Part shown: piece by piece, positions 20,400 through 30,522 of the stretch
How the letters are laid out: each line of letters opens with the position of its first letter
Position numbering within the stretch: the stretch's first letter is position 1
Assembly (NCBI GenBank): GCA_965205865.1
Contig: CBDBHR010000030.1
Coordinates: forward strand, 704,001 to 768,000
Direction: 5' to 3'
Origin: a bacterium
GTDB taxonomy: Bacteria > SAR324 > NAC60-12
Length of the DNA stretch: 64,000 nt
Notes under the pieces: generated by a model
Databases searched by the model: none
What the model saw: only the letters and a program-made list of their open reading frames with translations
Told to the model about the DNA's origin: nothing
Position numbers and translations under genes: made by a program

Positions 20400-21137
20400 T
20401 CAATACATTCCTCCATTGACATGCAATGTCGTCCCGGTGATATAGTCTGCCTGATCCGAAACGAGAAAATGAACAGCTCGGGCGATGTCATCAACCGACC
20501 CCATTCGCCCTAAGGGAATTCGCTCCAAAATGGCTTGGGACTGTTTCTCATCCAACTCCCCCGTCATGTCGGTTTCGATGAAACCCGGGGCCACAGTGTT
20601 GCAGGTTATATTACGATTGCCCAGTTCCAGGGCGAGAGATTTACTGAATCCCAGAATTCCGGACTTGGCAGCACTATAATTCACCTGCCCTGGACTTCCG
20701 GTAAATCCAACCACTGAAGTGATATTGACAATACGGCCATAGCGCTGACGAATCATGCCGCGAATGATTGTTTTCGTGACGTTGAACATGCCTGTCAGAT
20801 TTACATCCAATACTTCGTCCCAATCGCTCCGTTTCATCCGTAAAAACAAGATATCGCGGGTGATGCCTGCATTGTTGACCAAAATATCGATTTTGGGAAA
20901 AGATTCTTGGGCAATACGGAGCATTTCTTCCACCGCCTTCAGATCAGACACATTCACTTGAAATGCCAGGCAGCGTCGCCCGGTGGCTTCAATCGCCGCC
21001 TGGGTTTGATCTGAATATATTTTGTTGCGATTTGTAAAAATAATATCGGCACCTGCCTTTGCGAGAAAAATTGCAACGGCTTGGCCAATACCCCGCCCTG
21101 CTCCCGTGACCAAGGCAACACGATTCTCTAAACTCAT
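20400..21137 (-). CDS. fabG: 3-oxoacyl-ACP reductase
   Basis: TGAGRGIG, NNAGITRD, YSAAK, VNGGMY; context. Confidence 0.96.
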   Translation of the reverse strand: MSLENRVALVTGAGRGIGQAVAIFLAKAGADIIFTNRNKIYSDQTQAAIEATGRRCLAFQVNVSDLKAVEEMLRIAQESFPKIDILVNNAGITRDILFLRMKRSDWDEVLDVNLTGMFNVTKTIIRGMIRQRYGRIVNITSVVGFTGSPGQVNYSAAKSGILGFSKSLALELGNRNITCNTVAPGFIETDMTGELDEKQSQAILERIPLGRMGSVDDIARAVHFLVSDQADYITGTTLHVNGGMY

Positions 21138-21193
21138 GGACCTCCCTCTGTCGCTTCGAACCCTGAAAGGCGTCCCGGATTTATCCTAACCAA

Positions 21194-22453
21194 TCAACGC
21201 ACTTTGAAATACAAAATGATGGTAAACACAAAAAGCCAGATGGATTTCAAATGCATCAACCAAATCACTTTGCTGTGGATATCTTGCGGATTGAGCAATT
21301 TTTCTTCTTCCGGTATGGAACGAAGTCCAAACTTTTGTAGAAAGAGCAACCATACCGACTCCACTTCAGGCTTTTGCTCCGAATAGGTCCAAAGCTGCTG
21401 CAAATGATGGTGGTATGGGGAGCGCAGAAAAAAACGGTAACGCTCCGCCATAAAACGACCTTTCCACCATAGCATGCATTTGAAGAATAGACGTTGAATG
21501 ATGGTGGAAAGAACGGAAAAGACAAAAATTCCACCCACAATGGGAAGAAAAAGTTCTGCCTTGACGAAGATAAACATGGTAGAAATGATACTACCCAAGG
21601 CCAGCGCTCCCAAATCTCCCATATATATCAAAGCAGGTGGCGCATTGTAACGTAAAAAAGTAAAACCGGCACCGATGATCCCCATAGCCAGGACACTTAA
21701 TTCTTTGATATCCGGAGACAAGAGGGGAATCTTCAATCGGGTAGCCCATTCCGCTTCTCCTCCAATATAAGCCACGGAGGCCACAAAAAGCGAACACGTC
21801 ATCAGCGGCATGGTGGCCAGAGAATCCATACCATCGGTCAAATTGACCGCATTGGCGCCTCCCACGATGATCAAGAGCATGAAGGGAATAAAAAGGTATT
21901 TGGGCAAATACGGATACCAATCTTTCAAGGGTACAAAGGGCACTACCAGATGTCCGTCAATGTCGACGTGGAGATAAAGTGCGAGTACTACAATCAAGGC
22001 AACTGCAAACTCAGTAAGCAATCGATTTCGCCCGCTGATGCCATCAGCTTTGTTGCTGTACCAGTTCCTTTTTTCCTCTCCGGATTCAATTCTTCGTTTA
22101 TGAATCACCTTGGCTACATCGTCAAGCGCACCAATCATGCCAAAGGCTATCATGATGATCAACAGAGCAATAATATACTGATTCAGATTGCACCATAGCA
22201 AGACAGAAACCAGAATTGCCAAAATCAAAACACCTCCCCCCATGATTGGAGTCGCACCTGCATAAGGTCGTCCTCTCGTTGAAGCGGTAAGGGTTAAATC
22301 GGAAGTGATCCCTTTTTCCCGGAACAATCGAATGATTTTTGGCATCAACAGGACAATGACTGCGTATGTGGTGAGGAAAGTCATCCCTCCCCGAAACAGA
22401 ACGGACTTGAAAATCTGATAGTGCCAGATTGAATAAAGAACTGCGGCAAACAT
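21194..22453 (-). CDS. mraY: Phospho-N-acetylmuramoyl-pentapeptide transferase
   Basis: TPIMGG, GALDD, NAVNLTDGMD, IYMGDLGAL, PYHHH. Confidence 0.9.
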   Translation of the reverse strand: MFAAVLYSIWHYQIFKSVLFRGGMTFLTTYAVIVLLMPKIIRLFREKGITSDLTLTASTRGRPYAGATPIMGGGVLILAILVSVLLWCNLNQYIIALLIIMIAFGMIGALDDVAKVIHKRRIESGEEKRNWYSNKADGISGRNRLLTEFAVALIVVLALYLHVDIDGHLVVPFVPLKDWYPYLPKYLFIPFMLLIIVGGANAVNLTDGMDSLATMPLMTCSLFVASVAYIGGEAEWATRLKIPLLSPDIKELSVLAMGIIGAGFTFLRYNAPPALIYMGDLGALALGSIISTMFIFVKAELFLPIVGGIFVFSVLSTIIQRLFFKCMLWWKGRFMAERYRFFLRSPYHHHLQQLWTYSEQKPEVESVWLLFLQKFGLRSIPEEEKLLNPQDIHSKVIWLMHLKSIWLFVFTIILYFKVR

Positions 22454-22598
22454 AAAGGATTATCAGCAGCAAAACTCCGGTGGTCTCGAAGTCCAGTGAG
22501 TTTTATGAGAAGATGGATGGCGGAGAGAATGACATATGGAAAGGCAGACCCCCGTTGAAATGCAAGGACGGTTTGCCAGGACTCAGCCGTTCACTTCC

Positions 22599-23168
22599 CT
22601 AAATCGTCATGAGTTCGGTCTCTTTCTTTTTTGTCAATTCGGTGACTTTGTCAATGTGCTCATTCGTTTTTTTCTGAATGGTGTCCAGGGTCGATTTTTC
22701 TTCGTCTTGGGAAATGTGTTTATTTTTTTGCAATTTTTTTATGTTTTCGTTTGCCTCACGGCGGACATTCCGCAACGCAATCTTGCAGTCTTCTCCCATC
22801 TTTTTCACCTTTTTAGCCAATTCTTTGCGTCGCTCTTCCGTAAGAACGGGCAAAACTGCCCGGATGATGTTTCCGTCTTGAGAGATCATCAATCCCAAAT
22901 TGGCCCGTTGGATCTCACGTTCCATATCTTTGATGATATTCTTATCCCAAGGATTGATCACCAGCAATTGAGGTTCGGGGGTTGAAATCGTTCCGACCCG
23001 AGACAGGGGAGTGGGCGTGCCATAGTAGTCGATTTTAATAGCATCCAGGATGGCAGGAGTAGCCCGCCCCGTACGTACTGTGATAAAATCTTTTTTCAAG
23101 TTTTCAATCGTGTTGTCCATTTTATAGTCCATAGTTTCCAAGACTTCTTCAGTGGTTTCAGCACTCAT
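22599..23168 (-). CDS. frr: Ribosome recycling factor
   Basis: VRTGRA, LTEERRKEL, RNVRR. Confidence 0.97.
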   Translation of the reverse strand: MSAETTEEVLETMDYKMDNTIENLKKDFITVRTGRATPAILDAIKIDYYGTPTPLSRVGTISTPEPQLLVINPWDKNIIKDMEREIQRANLGLMISQDGNIIRAVLPVLTEERRKELAKKVKKMGEDCKIALRNVRREANENIKKLQKNKHISQDEEKSTLDTIQKKTNEHIDKVTELTKKKETELMTI

Positions 23169-23899
23169 AATCCATCTCCATCAATGATCGTTCCAACATC
23201 ATTACCACAAATGGCATTCACAATGGAATTTTCGGTGCCAATGTTGACAACAATAATCGGAAGGTTATTATCTTTACAAAATGCAATAGCCGTCGCATCC
23301 ATGACTTTCAAATTTTTTTCCAGGACTGTCTCATAAGAGAGTTGATGATAGCGCACAGCATCGCTGTGAATTTCCGGATCTTTATCATAAACCCCATCGA
23401 TTTTAGTGGCTTTTATGACGACATCCGCCCCAATTTCAGAGGCTCTCAAGGCAGCAGTCGTATCGGTTGTAAAAAAGGGATTTCCGGTTCCTCCGGCAAA
23501 GATGACAATCCGTCCTTTCTGCAAGTGTCTGTCCGCACGGCGTTTGATGTAAGGTTCGGCGAACGCATGCATTTCAATGGCCGACATCACTCGGGTTTGG
23601 TAACCACGTTGTTCCAGAGCATTTTGCAGACACAGGCCATTGATCACCGTGGCCAGCATTCCCATGTGATCACCTGCCACTCGGTCCATGGCGTACGGTG
23701 AGGACCGGGTGCCGCGAAAAATATTTCCACCACCAACCACGATTCCGATCTCCACTTTCAACTGATAAATAGCAATGATGCTTTCGGCAATACGAGCAAT
23801 GACGTCATAATCAAACACCGTTCCACTCGTGCCTCCAAAGACTTCTCCACTCAGTTTCAATAATATGCGCTTGTATTTTGGTAGCACGCCTTCCTTCAA
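23165..23899 (-). CDS. pyrH: Uridylate kinase
   Basis: LLKLSGE, GGGNIFRG, GTGNPFFTTD. Confidence 0.97.
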   Translation of the reverse strand: MKEGVLPKYKRILLKLSGEVFGGTSGTVFDYDVIARIAESIIAIYQLKVEIGIVVGGGNIFRGTRSSPYAMDRVAGDHMGMLATVINGLCLQNALEQRGYQTRVMSAIEMHAFAEPYIKRRADRHLQKGRIVIFAGGTGNPFFTTDTTAALRASEIGADVVIKATKIDGVYDKDPEIHSDAVRYHQLSYETVLEKNLKVMDATAIAFCKDNNLPIIVVNIGTENSIVNAICGNDVGTIIDGDGL

Positions 23900-24759
23900 A
23901 ATTGGAACTTGACAAAATCGGTTAAGGCGATGCCCACTCCCACGGTCTTGCTGGTTTCGCTGAGCAATCCCTCAATGGTTTGTTCAGGAATTTTCACAAA
24001 AGGTTGGGAAAGTACACAGATTTCTTTTTTGAATTTCCTCATTCTGCCTGCAATCATTTGCTCGATAATATTTTCAGGTCTGCCCGAATCCCGTGCTTGA
24101 GCAACAAATATTTCTTTTTCCTTTTCAAGCACTTCTGCGGGAATTTGATCTTCGCTGATCGCTTCTGCCTGAGAGGCGGCAATATGCATGGAGATGTCTT
24201 TCGCCAAAGGATCCAAAAGCGTGTGTTCAACAGGTTGTTCTGTTTTTAAAGCAACGAGGACTCCGATTTTTCCCGTCATATGGACATATCCTCCCACCAC
24301 TCCAAAATCAACCTGCAAGGCTTTTGCTTCCAAAAATTGTATATTTTCTCCCAGTTCTCCTATAAATCGCATGAGCATGTCTTGCACCGTGCCCTCGAGA
24401 TCTGCCTGCTGCTGAAAAGGTTGGTTCATGAAATCTGCCACTCCATGCGTAATGGCTTGCTCTGCCAATTGGCCCAACAGACTGCGGAATTTTTCATTTT
24501 TTGCCACAAAATCCGTCTCACATGCGATTTTGACCAAGGCTGCCTTCTTTTTGTCGCTGGCAATGGCAATCCCCACACCACCTTCCCGGGTTTCCCGCGA
24601 TGATTTTTTAAGAGCTTTGACTTGGCCTGTTTTACGCAGTAGTTCTTTAGCAGCATCCATATCCCCTTGTGTTTCCACCAGGGCTTTTTTGCACTCCATC
24701 ATCCCGACACCACTGATTTCGCGCAATTCTTTGACCATACTCGCAGTAATTTGTGTCAT
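23896..24759 (-). CDS. tsf: Elongation factor Ts
   Basis: VKELRE..G.GMMECKKAL, CETDFVAKN. Confidence 0.97.
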   Translation of the reverse strand: MTQITASMVKELREISGVGMMECKKALVETQGDMDAAKELLRKTGQVKALKKSSRETREGGVGIAIASDKKKAALVKIACETDFVAKNEKFRSLLGQLAEQAITHGVADFMNQPFQQQADLEGTVQDMLMRFIGELGENIQFLEAKALQVDFGVVGGYVHMTGKIGVLVALKTEQPVEHTLLDPLAKDISMHIAASQAEAISEDQIPAEVLEKEKEIFVAQARDSGRPENIIEQMIAGRMRKFKKEICVLSQPFVKIPEQTIEGLLSETSKTVGVGIALTDFVKFQF

Positions 24760-24804
24760 AGAAATATCTTTTTCTTAGTTTGAATTGTTTAAATTGATGA
24801 TTTT

Positions 24805-25677
24805 TTAGACCCTGTCTTCTTCACGCGGCTCCGAATCGATATTATCAGCTTTGCCGTCCTCATGAGCCTCCTCGGATTCTGGTGACTCCTGATCTTCTTC
24901 CTTAACGGCTACAACCGCTTTCTGCAATTGCTCTTCTGCAATGGATTCTTCCGGTTGCGGCGTCATAGATTCTTGCTGAAGACGTTGGACCCGCTTCACC
25001 TTTCCTTCCTGTACTGCCGTTGCAATGACATTCGCATAGAGCTTTATGGCACGAGGGGCGTCATCGTTACCAGGAATAGGAAAGTCAATACCTTCGGGGT
25101 TGCAATTGGTATCGACAATCGCAATTATGGGAATATCGAGTTTTCGGGCTTCTTTCAGAGCAATATGCTCCTTGATGCAATCCACAATAAAAATAGCGCC
25201 GGGCAATTGTTGCATTTCTTTGACGCCCCCCAAGGATCGTTCGAGTTTCTGGCGTTTTCTCTCAATTTGCAACGCTTCTTTTTTGATCATTCCAGGATAC
25301 GCTCCTTCCGGACCGGCTAACTCTTCATAATTCTTCATGCGGGCAACCGACTTGCGAATTGTTTCAAAATTCGTCAGCAAGCCGCCCAGCCAACGCTCGT
25401 TGATGAAAAAGCTACCACTGCGCTGCGCCTCTTCCCCCAGGATGTCCCGGGCTTGGTCTTTTGTTCCGACAAACAAAATCGATTTTCCCCCTTCTGCCAA
25501 TTGACGGGTGTATTCATAAGCGATTTTGAGTTTGCGAAGCGTCTGTCTCAGGTCGATGATATGAATGCCATGTTTGGCTCCGTAGATATACGGTTCCATC
25601 TTAGGGTTCCAACGGCTGGTTTGATGCCCAAAATGAACACCGGCTTCGATAAATTGTTTTAACGAGACAACTGCCAT
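24805..25677 (-). CDS. rpsB: 30S ribosomal protein S2
   Basis: AGVHFGH, RWLGGLLTN, PGNDDA; acidic tail. Confidence 0.97.
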   Translation of the reverse strand: MAVVSLKQFIEAGVHFGHQTSRWNPKMEPYIYGAKHGIHIIDLRQTLRKLKIAYEYTRQLAEGGKSILFVGTKDQARDILGEEAQRSGSFFINERWLGGLLTNFETIRKSVARMKNYEELAGPEGAYPGMIKKEALQIERKRQKLERSLGGVKEMQQLPGAIFIVDCIKEHIALKEARKLDIPIIAIVDTNCNPEGIDFPIPGNDDAPRAIKLYANVIATAVQEGKVKRVQRLQQESMTPQPEESIAEEQLQKAVVAVKEEDQESPESEEAHEDGKADNIDSEPREEDRV

Positions 25678-26092
25678 ATTTTTATCTCCATGTAAATGGC
25701 GCAAAAAAGGATTCCTTAAGGCAGGAACACTTTATAAGGTTCCACTGCTTCAAAAGGGTGGAAACCAAGAGCGTTTCTTAATGCGCTTAAACGTCGTATA
25801 GTAGGAACTATCAACAAAGAAAATCTTATCTATTTAGAAGATCTGCGTAGTTATTGCAAGCTTTTTCTCGATGTCGGGAATTGTCAGAGTGGGATAGTGA
25901 TGTCTGTGCGTTTGCGCAAAATTAAATTTTTTTTTGTAGAACAGCCGATATCCGACATTTTAAATGAGACTGGGAAACAGTTGCTTGACTTTCTTCTTTC
26001 CACTCTGGATCTATCTGATAATATTGCTATACTGATATCAAAATGGATTCCTCGAGGGAAAAGAATAAATCGATTAAAAAAAGGAAACTGTC

Positions 26093-26599
26093 ATGGGCAT
26101 GAAACGGATCGCTATTTATCCCATCAGCGCAAATCCACCGACCTGGGGACATGGAGATATTCTGCAACGCGCTGCCAAACAATTTGATCACGTTTATTGG
26201 GCTGCTGCCGTCAATGTTCAGAAAAAATATCTCTTTTCTCCCGAAGAGCGTGTGCAAATGATGGAAGAGTATGTCAAGCATTATCAATTAGACAACGTTA
26301 CGGTAGAGGCTTATAGGGGCAGCACCGTCCGCTATGCAGAAAAGAGAAAAGCCCGGGTTATCATCAAAGGTTTGCGGAATTTTACCGATTTCCATGGAGA
26401 ATTGGAACAGTCGATGGGCAATCTGGGAATCGACAATTCTATTGAAACCTTTTGTATGTTTTCCCACCCGCATCTGTCGGCATTGAGTTCAAGCCTGGTT
26501 AGAGAATTATCCTTTTTGGGAGAGAATATTGACTCCTATGTTCCCAGCTCCGTGGCCCGAATGGTTGCTGAAATTTTATCCCGACAAAATTCTTATTGA
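26093..26599 (+). CDS. coaD: Phosphopantetheine adenylyltransferase
   Basis: IAIYP..ANPPTWGH, IKGLR, LSSSLVRE. Confidence 0.9.
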   Translation: MGMKRIAIYPISANPPTWGHGDILQRAAKQFDHVYWAAAVNVQKKYLFSPEERVQMMEEYVKHYQLDNVTVEAYRGSTVRYAEKRKARVIIKGLRNFTDFHGELEQSMGNLGIDNSIETFCMFSHPHLSALSSSLVRELSFLGENIDSYVPSSVARMVAEILSRQNSY

Positions 26600-26642
26600 C
26601 GATTCTTTTCTTTAAAAAACAAAAATCGGACTGCCTTCTGCA

Positions 26643-27362
26643 ATGAAATTTCTCAAGTTCTCCTCTCTCAAATATATCATCGCCCCGCCGGTCACGTTGC
26701 TCCTCTTTCTGTCGTTGTTGTCGGCAAGTTTTTATGATCCTACCTTTTTTCATCAATTGTATCCGGTCGCAGGTATTCAAAACTGGTGTGGCATCCCGGG
26801 AGCGTTGTTAGGAGGAACGTTGATTGAGCTCTTCGGTCCTTCTGCTTTATTAGTCCCATGGTTTGTTTTGAAGCTTTCCTTTTCTGCTCAAAACTACCTG
26901 CACCGAATTTCTACTGCATATTATGCCGTCACACTTATGCTCTCGATTTCTGTTGCGCATCATTTGTGGTCACCAGTCTCCCTTACCGAGTTGTCCAACT
27001 CCGGTTTCATAGGTTATCCGGGTTATGCAGGCATACTAGGTGCGCAATGGCTACAAGAAACTCTAGGTTCAGACATAACGAATATTCTGACAGGAGCAAT
27101 TGTGGTTTTTTGCACGGTCAGGCTTTTTGATGAGCTTCCGTTTAAAATGCTTTTTTCCGCAGTCCTGTATATCAGTTTCTCGCTACCATCCTATCTTCTT
27201 CAGCGGTTGTGTCGTCCATTGATTCCAAAAATTTTTTATACATTGACCAGCCACTTTCCCTGGTTAAAACCCCAACTTCCTTTAACGCGGACGCCTTCTC
27301 CTTTCGATCCGGATTCTCCATCTACCAATCCTATGGCAAGTGGGGATGAACAATCTCATTAA
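26643..27362 (+). CDS. Membrane protein resembling a stand-alone FtsK 4TM N-terminal domain
   Basis: YDP...QNWCGIPGALLG...LFG and GILG motifs; no motor domain. Confidence 0.65.
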   Translation: MKFLKFSSLKYIIAPPVTLLLFLSLLSASFYDPTFFHQLYPVAGIQNWCGIPGALLGGTLIELFGPSALLVPWFVLKLSFSAQNYLHRISTAYYAVTLMLSISVAHHLWSPVSLTELSNSGFIGYPGYAGILGAQWLQETLGSDITNILTGAIVVFCTVRLFDELPFKMLFSAVLYISFSLPSYLLQRLCRPLIPKIFYTLTSHFPWLKPQLPLTRTPSPFDPDSPSTNPMASGDEQSH

Positions 27363-27375
27363 AGACGGAAACTCC

Positions 27376-28374
27376 ATGCAATCCATCGGATTGGGAATTG
27401 ATACTACTTTTGACGACACGTCCATTGCCATTCTGAAAGGAAAGTCGCAGATTTTGGCCAATGTCACACTATCCCAATACAAAGATCACGAAGAATTTGG
27501 AGGTGTCGTTCCTGAACGCGCCTCTCGTAAACATATGGAAGTGATCAATCCTTTGATTGGAGAAGCTTTGAAGCAAGCGGGTTTAAGGTTTGATGATTTG
27601 CATTATATTGCCGTTTCCAATCATCCTGGATTGCTAGGTTCCCTCCTGGTTGGCGTGACTGTTGCGAAAACGTTGTCCTATGCACTTGATCTTCCTCTGA
27701 TCGGAGTCAATCATGTGGAGGCGCATCCTTATGCCAATTTTTTATGCTATGACAAGATTTTCTTTCCAATTATCCATTTGGTAGTGGCCGGTGGGCATAC
27801 CTTGCTCTTTCATGCCCGCAATCATTTCGACTACGATATCGTCGGTCGCAGCGTGGACGATGCCGCAGGAGAATGCGTGGATAAAGTGGCAAAGATGTTT
27901 GGACATCCGATGCCGGGAGGTCCTGTCGTGGATCAGTGCGCCCTCCGGTCGTCCCCGGATCGATACTTTTTCCCTCGACCCGTGTTGAGCCAGGATCACA
28001 CCAATTTTTCTTTCAGCGGACTGAAAACTGCTATGTTGCGTTTTCGGGAAGCTCACCCTGAAGCCCTAAAGGATGAAAGTGGGGTGCTTTCCAGTTTTTT
28101 TCAAAGTATCGTTGAGGTCTTGTTGTTCAAGACTTTCAAAGCCGTGCAAGAATTTCAGGTCCACAGGCTTTCAGTATCCGGAGGACTGGCAGCCAGCAAG
28201 AAACTAAGGCATTGTTTTGAAGAGCAATGTCGGGAAAAAGGCATTGAACTGTTTTACCCGCCTCCTCAATTGTGTACGGACAATGCAGCAATGGTCACCT
28301 GCCTGGCCGCCTACAAATTCGAAGCAGGATTAATCGATGACTTGAGTCTTGGAGTTTTCGCCAATTTGAACTGA
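27376..28374 (+). CDS. tsaD: tRNA threonylcarbamoyltransferase TsaD
   Basis: GGVVPERASRKH, NHVEAH, GGHT, DDAAGE, FSFSGLKT, CTDNAAM. Confidence 0.95.
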   Translation: MQSIGLGIDTTFDDTSIAILKGKSQILANVTLSQYKDHEEFGGVVPERASRKHMEVINPLIGEALKQAGLRFDDLHYIAVSNHPGLLGSLLVGVTVAKTLSYALDLPLIGVNHVEAHPYANFLCYDKIFFPIIHLVVAGGHTLLFHARNHFDYDIVGRSVDDAAGECVDKVAKMFGHPMPGGPVVDQCALRSSPDRYFFPRPVLSQDHTNFSFSGLKTAMLRFREAHPEALKDESGVLSSFFQSIVEVLLFKTFKAVQEFQVHRLSVSGGLAASKKLRHCFEEQCREKGIELFYPPPQLCTDNAAMVTCLAAYKFEAGLIDDLSLGVFANLN

Positions 28375-28390
28375 AAACTCATCCTCGAAA

Positions 28391-28418
28391 AAGCCTGTCC
28401 TCGCGGAAGCGGGGATCC
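28391..28418. repeat. REP-like palindrome between convergent genes; also at 30339-30365
   Basis: aagcctgtcctcgcggaagcggggatc present twice. Confidence 0.75.
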
Positions 28419-28422
28419 TCCT

Positions 28423-29355
28423 TCAATGAATCACCACTTGAGCCGCTTCTCTTAGTGTTTTCAAATACGTTTGCAAGGCCGTCTGATGTTTTTGGACGAA
28501 GAGTTGGTTATAGTATTGAATTTTCTCTGACTCCTCCGGATTGCTGCAATCGATTTCCTTGTTGTATTTGACATCCTGGAGGTAGATCAGATGGTAACCA
28601 ATCTCGGTCTTCACCAGTCCGCTGAGTTCTTTGAGCTTCAAAGAAAAGGCAGCAGAGTCAATTGTCGGCAGTAGTTCTCCTTTTTGAAAGGAACCAATGA
28701 TTCCTCCCGTTTTCCGGGCATTGGGATCGTCCGAATGGGATCTTGCCAAATCTGCAAAGTCTTCTCCTTCACTCAGAGCTTTTCTGACCAATATTTCCTT
28801 ACGACGCGCTTCTTCTTCAGAGCCTCGAAACAAAATTTGGGCGATTACTATTTTTTTAGTCTGTTCGGTGTTTTCTTGACAGAGTTTTTGTATTTCCTGG
28901 TCTGTCACACGGATTTTCACGTCGATTTCCCGGGCGATCGCCCGTTGCTTGAGAGATTCTTTGGCGACCATTTCTTTTAAGATTTCCGCAGTATAATTCT
29001 TGAGAACTTGCGGATTTTCCTGGGCCAAGCGGTTGATATGTTGCTCGATTTCAGCATTGCTCACTTCAATATTCAATACTTTGGCCCGATCCAATACCAA
29101 CAATTCATTGATCAAATACTCAATGGTTGTTTTTTCCAATTGGAGCAGTTGCTGTTCCCTCTCCGGACCCCCAGGGACGGATTGCATGATTTGGGCGCGA
29201 TTGGTTGCAATGGCTTCCTGGACTTCGTTATTCGTGAGGATCTCGTTGTTCACGATAATCTTGATAAAATCGAGTACTCTGGTCTCTGTCCATGCTTGGC
29301 TCATGCCGAGCATGAAGAAAGAAGCGCAGAGCAGGATTGTCAATTTATTCTTCAT
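28423..29355 (-). CDS. SurA-like parvulin peptidyl-prolyl isomerase
   Basis: Signal peptide; IVNNEIL, GEDFADLARSHSDD, GYHLI. Confidence 0.88.
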   Translation of the reverse strand: MKNKLTILLCASFFMLGMSQAWTETRVLDFIKIIVNNEILTNNEVQEAIATNRAQIMQSVPGGPEREQQLLQLEKTTIEYLINELLVLDRAKVLNIEVSNAEIEQHINRLAQENPQVLKNYTAEILKEMVAKESLKQRAIAREIDVKIRVTDQEIQKLCQENTEQTKKIVIAQILFRGSEEEARRKEILVRKALSEGEDFADLARSHSDDPNARKTGGIIGSFQKGELLPTIDSAAFSLKLKELSGLVKTEIGYHLIYLQDVKYNKEIDCSNPEESEKIQYYNQLFVQKHQTALQTYLKTLREAAQVVIH

Positions 29356-29361
29356 GGAATG

Positions 29362-30189
29362 CTATCTCGCGTAGTCGTGATTGAGGGTAGTGAAACGGGA
29401 CTGCGACCATCGTTCGGCTTTTTTTCGTAGTTGATCAATGGGCAATTTTTCCGGACGTTCGAACGAATGAACAAGCACACGCTTGAACAAACGATCATCC
29501 AGAAAATAATCGGTTTGTCCGGGATATTCCAGTTTTTCGTAAGATGTCATTTTTTCAAAGGCAATGCGGATCAGGTGTTCTTCTTCGCCATTACGAATTT
29601 GGTAATGGATAGCTTTCAAAAAAAAAGTTTGTTTGTCCACCAGTGCAAAGTGATTGCTGCGCAATTCCCCAACCCGATAATGGATATTGTATTCAGGGTC
29701 CCGATAAAAAGAAATTTCATTGCCTTGGATATAGACTTCTCGCAAGGCCCTTTGCCACTCTTCCGGACGTTGAACGATGAATCGAAGATAATGCGGGAGG
29801 ACATCCATTTTCAAAAAATGCCTTTTGGACTGGGTAACAGCATCGACCACAATCCCATTTGATTCATAATAAAAATGCAACAATTCCCCGGCATGATCCC
29901 ATGTTTCCACAACCAGCATACCCTCCTGCCAGTGAATGGTTTGTCGATATCCCAATGCTGTCGAGGAAAGGGGTTGATGAGAGGAATTGTCGGCCTGCGC
30001 AAATGGATCAAAAACCTGCACCGAAGTGGTGAAAATCACCCGGTCCCACTTTCGAGTTTTTTTTTGAATGTATTGCCACAGATCTTCCCAATTGAATTGG
30101 TATGCATTACCGGGTGCTTGCCAACATATGAAAAAAATCAAGCACAAATGGATTTTCATATTCCATAGAAGATTCTTTTGCAATCTCAT
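29362..30189 (-). CDS. Hypothetical exported protein
   Basis: 275-aa ORF with signal-like N-terminus, GGAG SD, in an operon with the surA-like gene. Confidence 0.75.
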   Translation of the reverse strand: MRLQKNLLWNMKIHLCLIFFICWQAPGNAYQFNWEDLWQYIQKKTRKWDRVIFTTSVQVFDPFAQADNSSHQPLSSTALGYRQTIHWQEGMLVVETWDHAGELLHFYYESNGIVVDAVTQSKRHFLKMDVLPHYLRFIVQRPEEWQRALREVYIQGNEISFYRDPEYNIHYRVGELRSNHFALVDKQTFFLKAIHYQIRNGEEEHLIRIAFEKMTSYEKLEYPGQTDYFLDDRLFKRVLVHSFERPEKLPIDQLRKKAERWSQSRFTTLNHDYAR

Positions 30190-30522
30190 TTCTCCGTCCG
30201 CTTACTTGCCATTTCGACTTTCTAAAAAATACCATACATGCATCACGATGGCTATGCCATTCACCATGGCGACCAGAATCACCTTGGACATCCTGGGAGG
30301 TTCGTTCCTCTCGTCCTTGCAGAGTTATTGGAAACGATAAGCCTGTCCTCGCGGAAGCGGGGATCGTCCCTTCAAGAATCCTCTTTGTCAAAGAAGGGGA
30401 AAATCAACGAAAATGTTTCGACATTTTCATTCAAACATACGATAGTCAGCATCAGACTTCTCAGTGAAATTCTTTTCCAAATGCGAGTGGTCGTTCTTAC
30501 CTTTAAAAAATATGGAGACGTG

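Noticed and set aside
30202-30291. 29-aa hydrophobic minus-strand ORF ([12 protein letters not shown]...)
   Set aside because: Too short to support without homology or expression data
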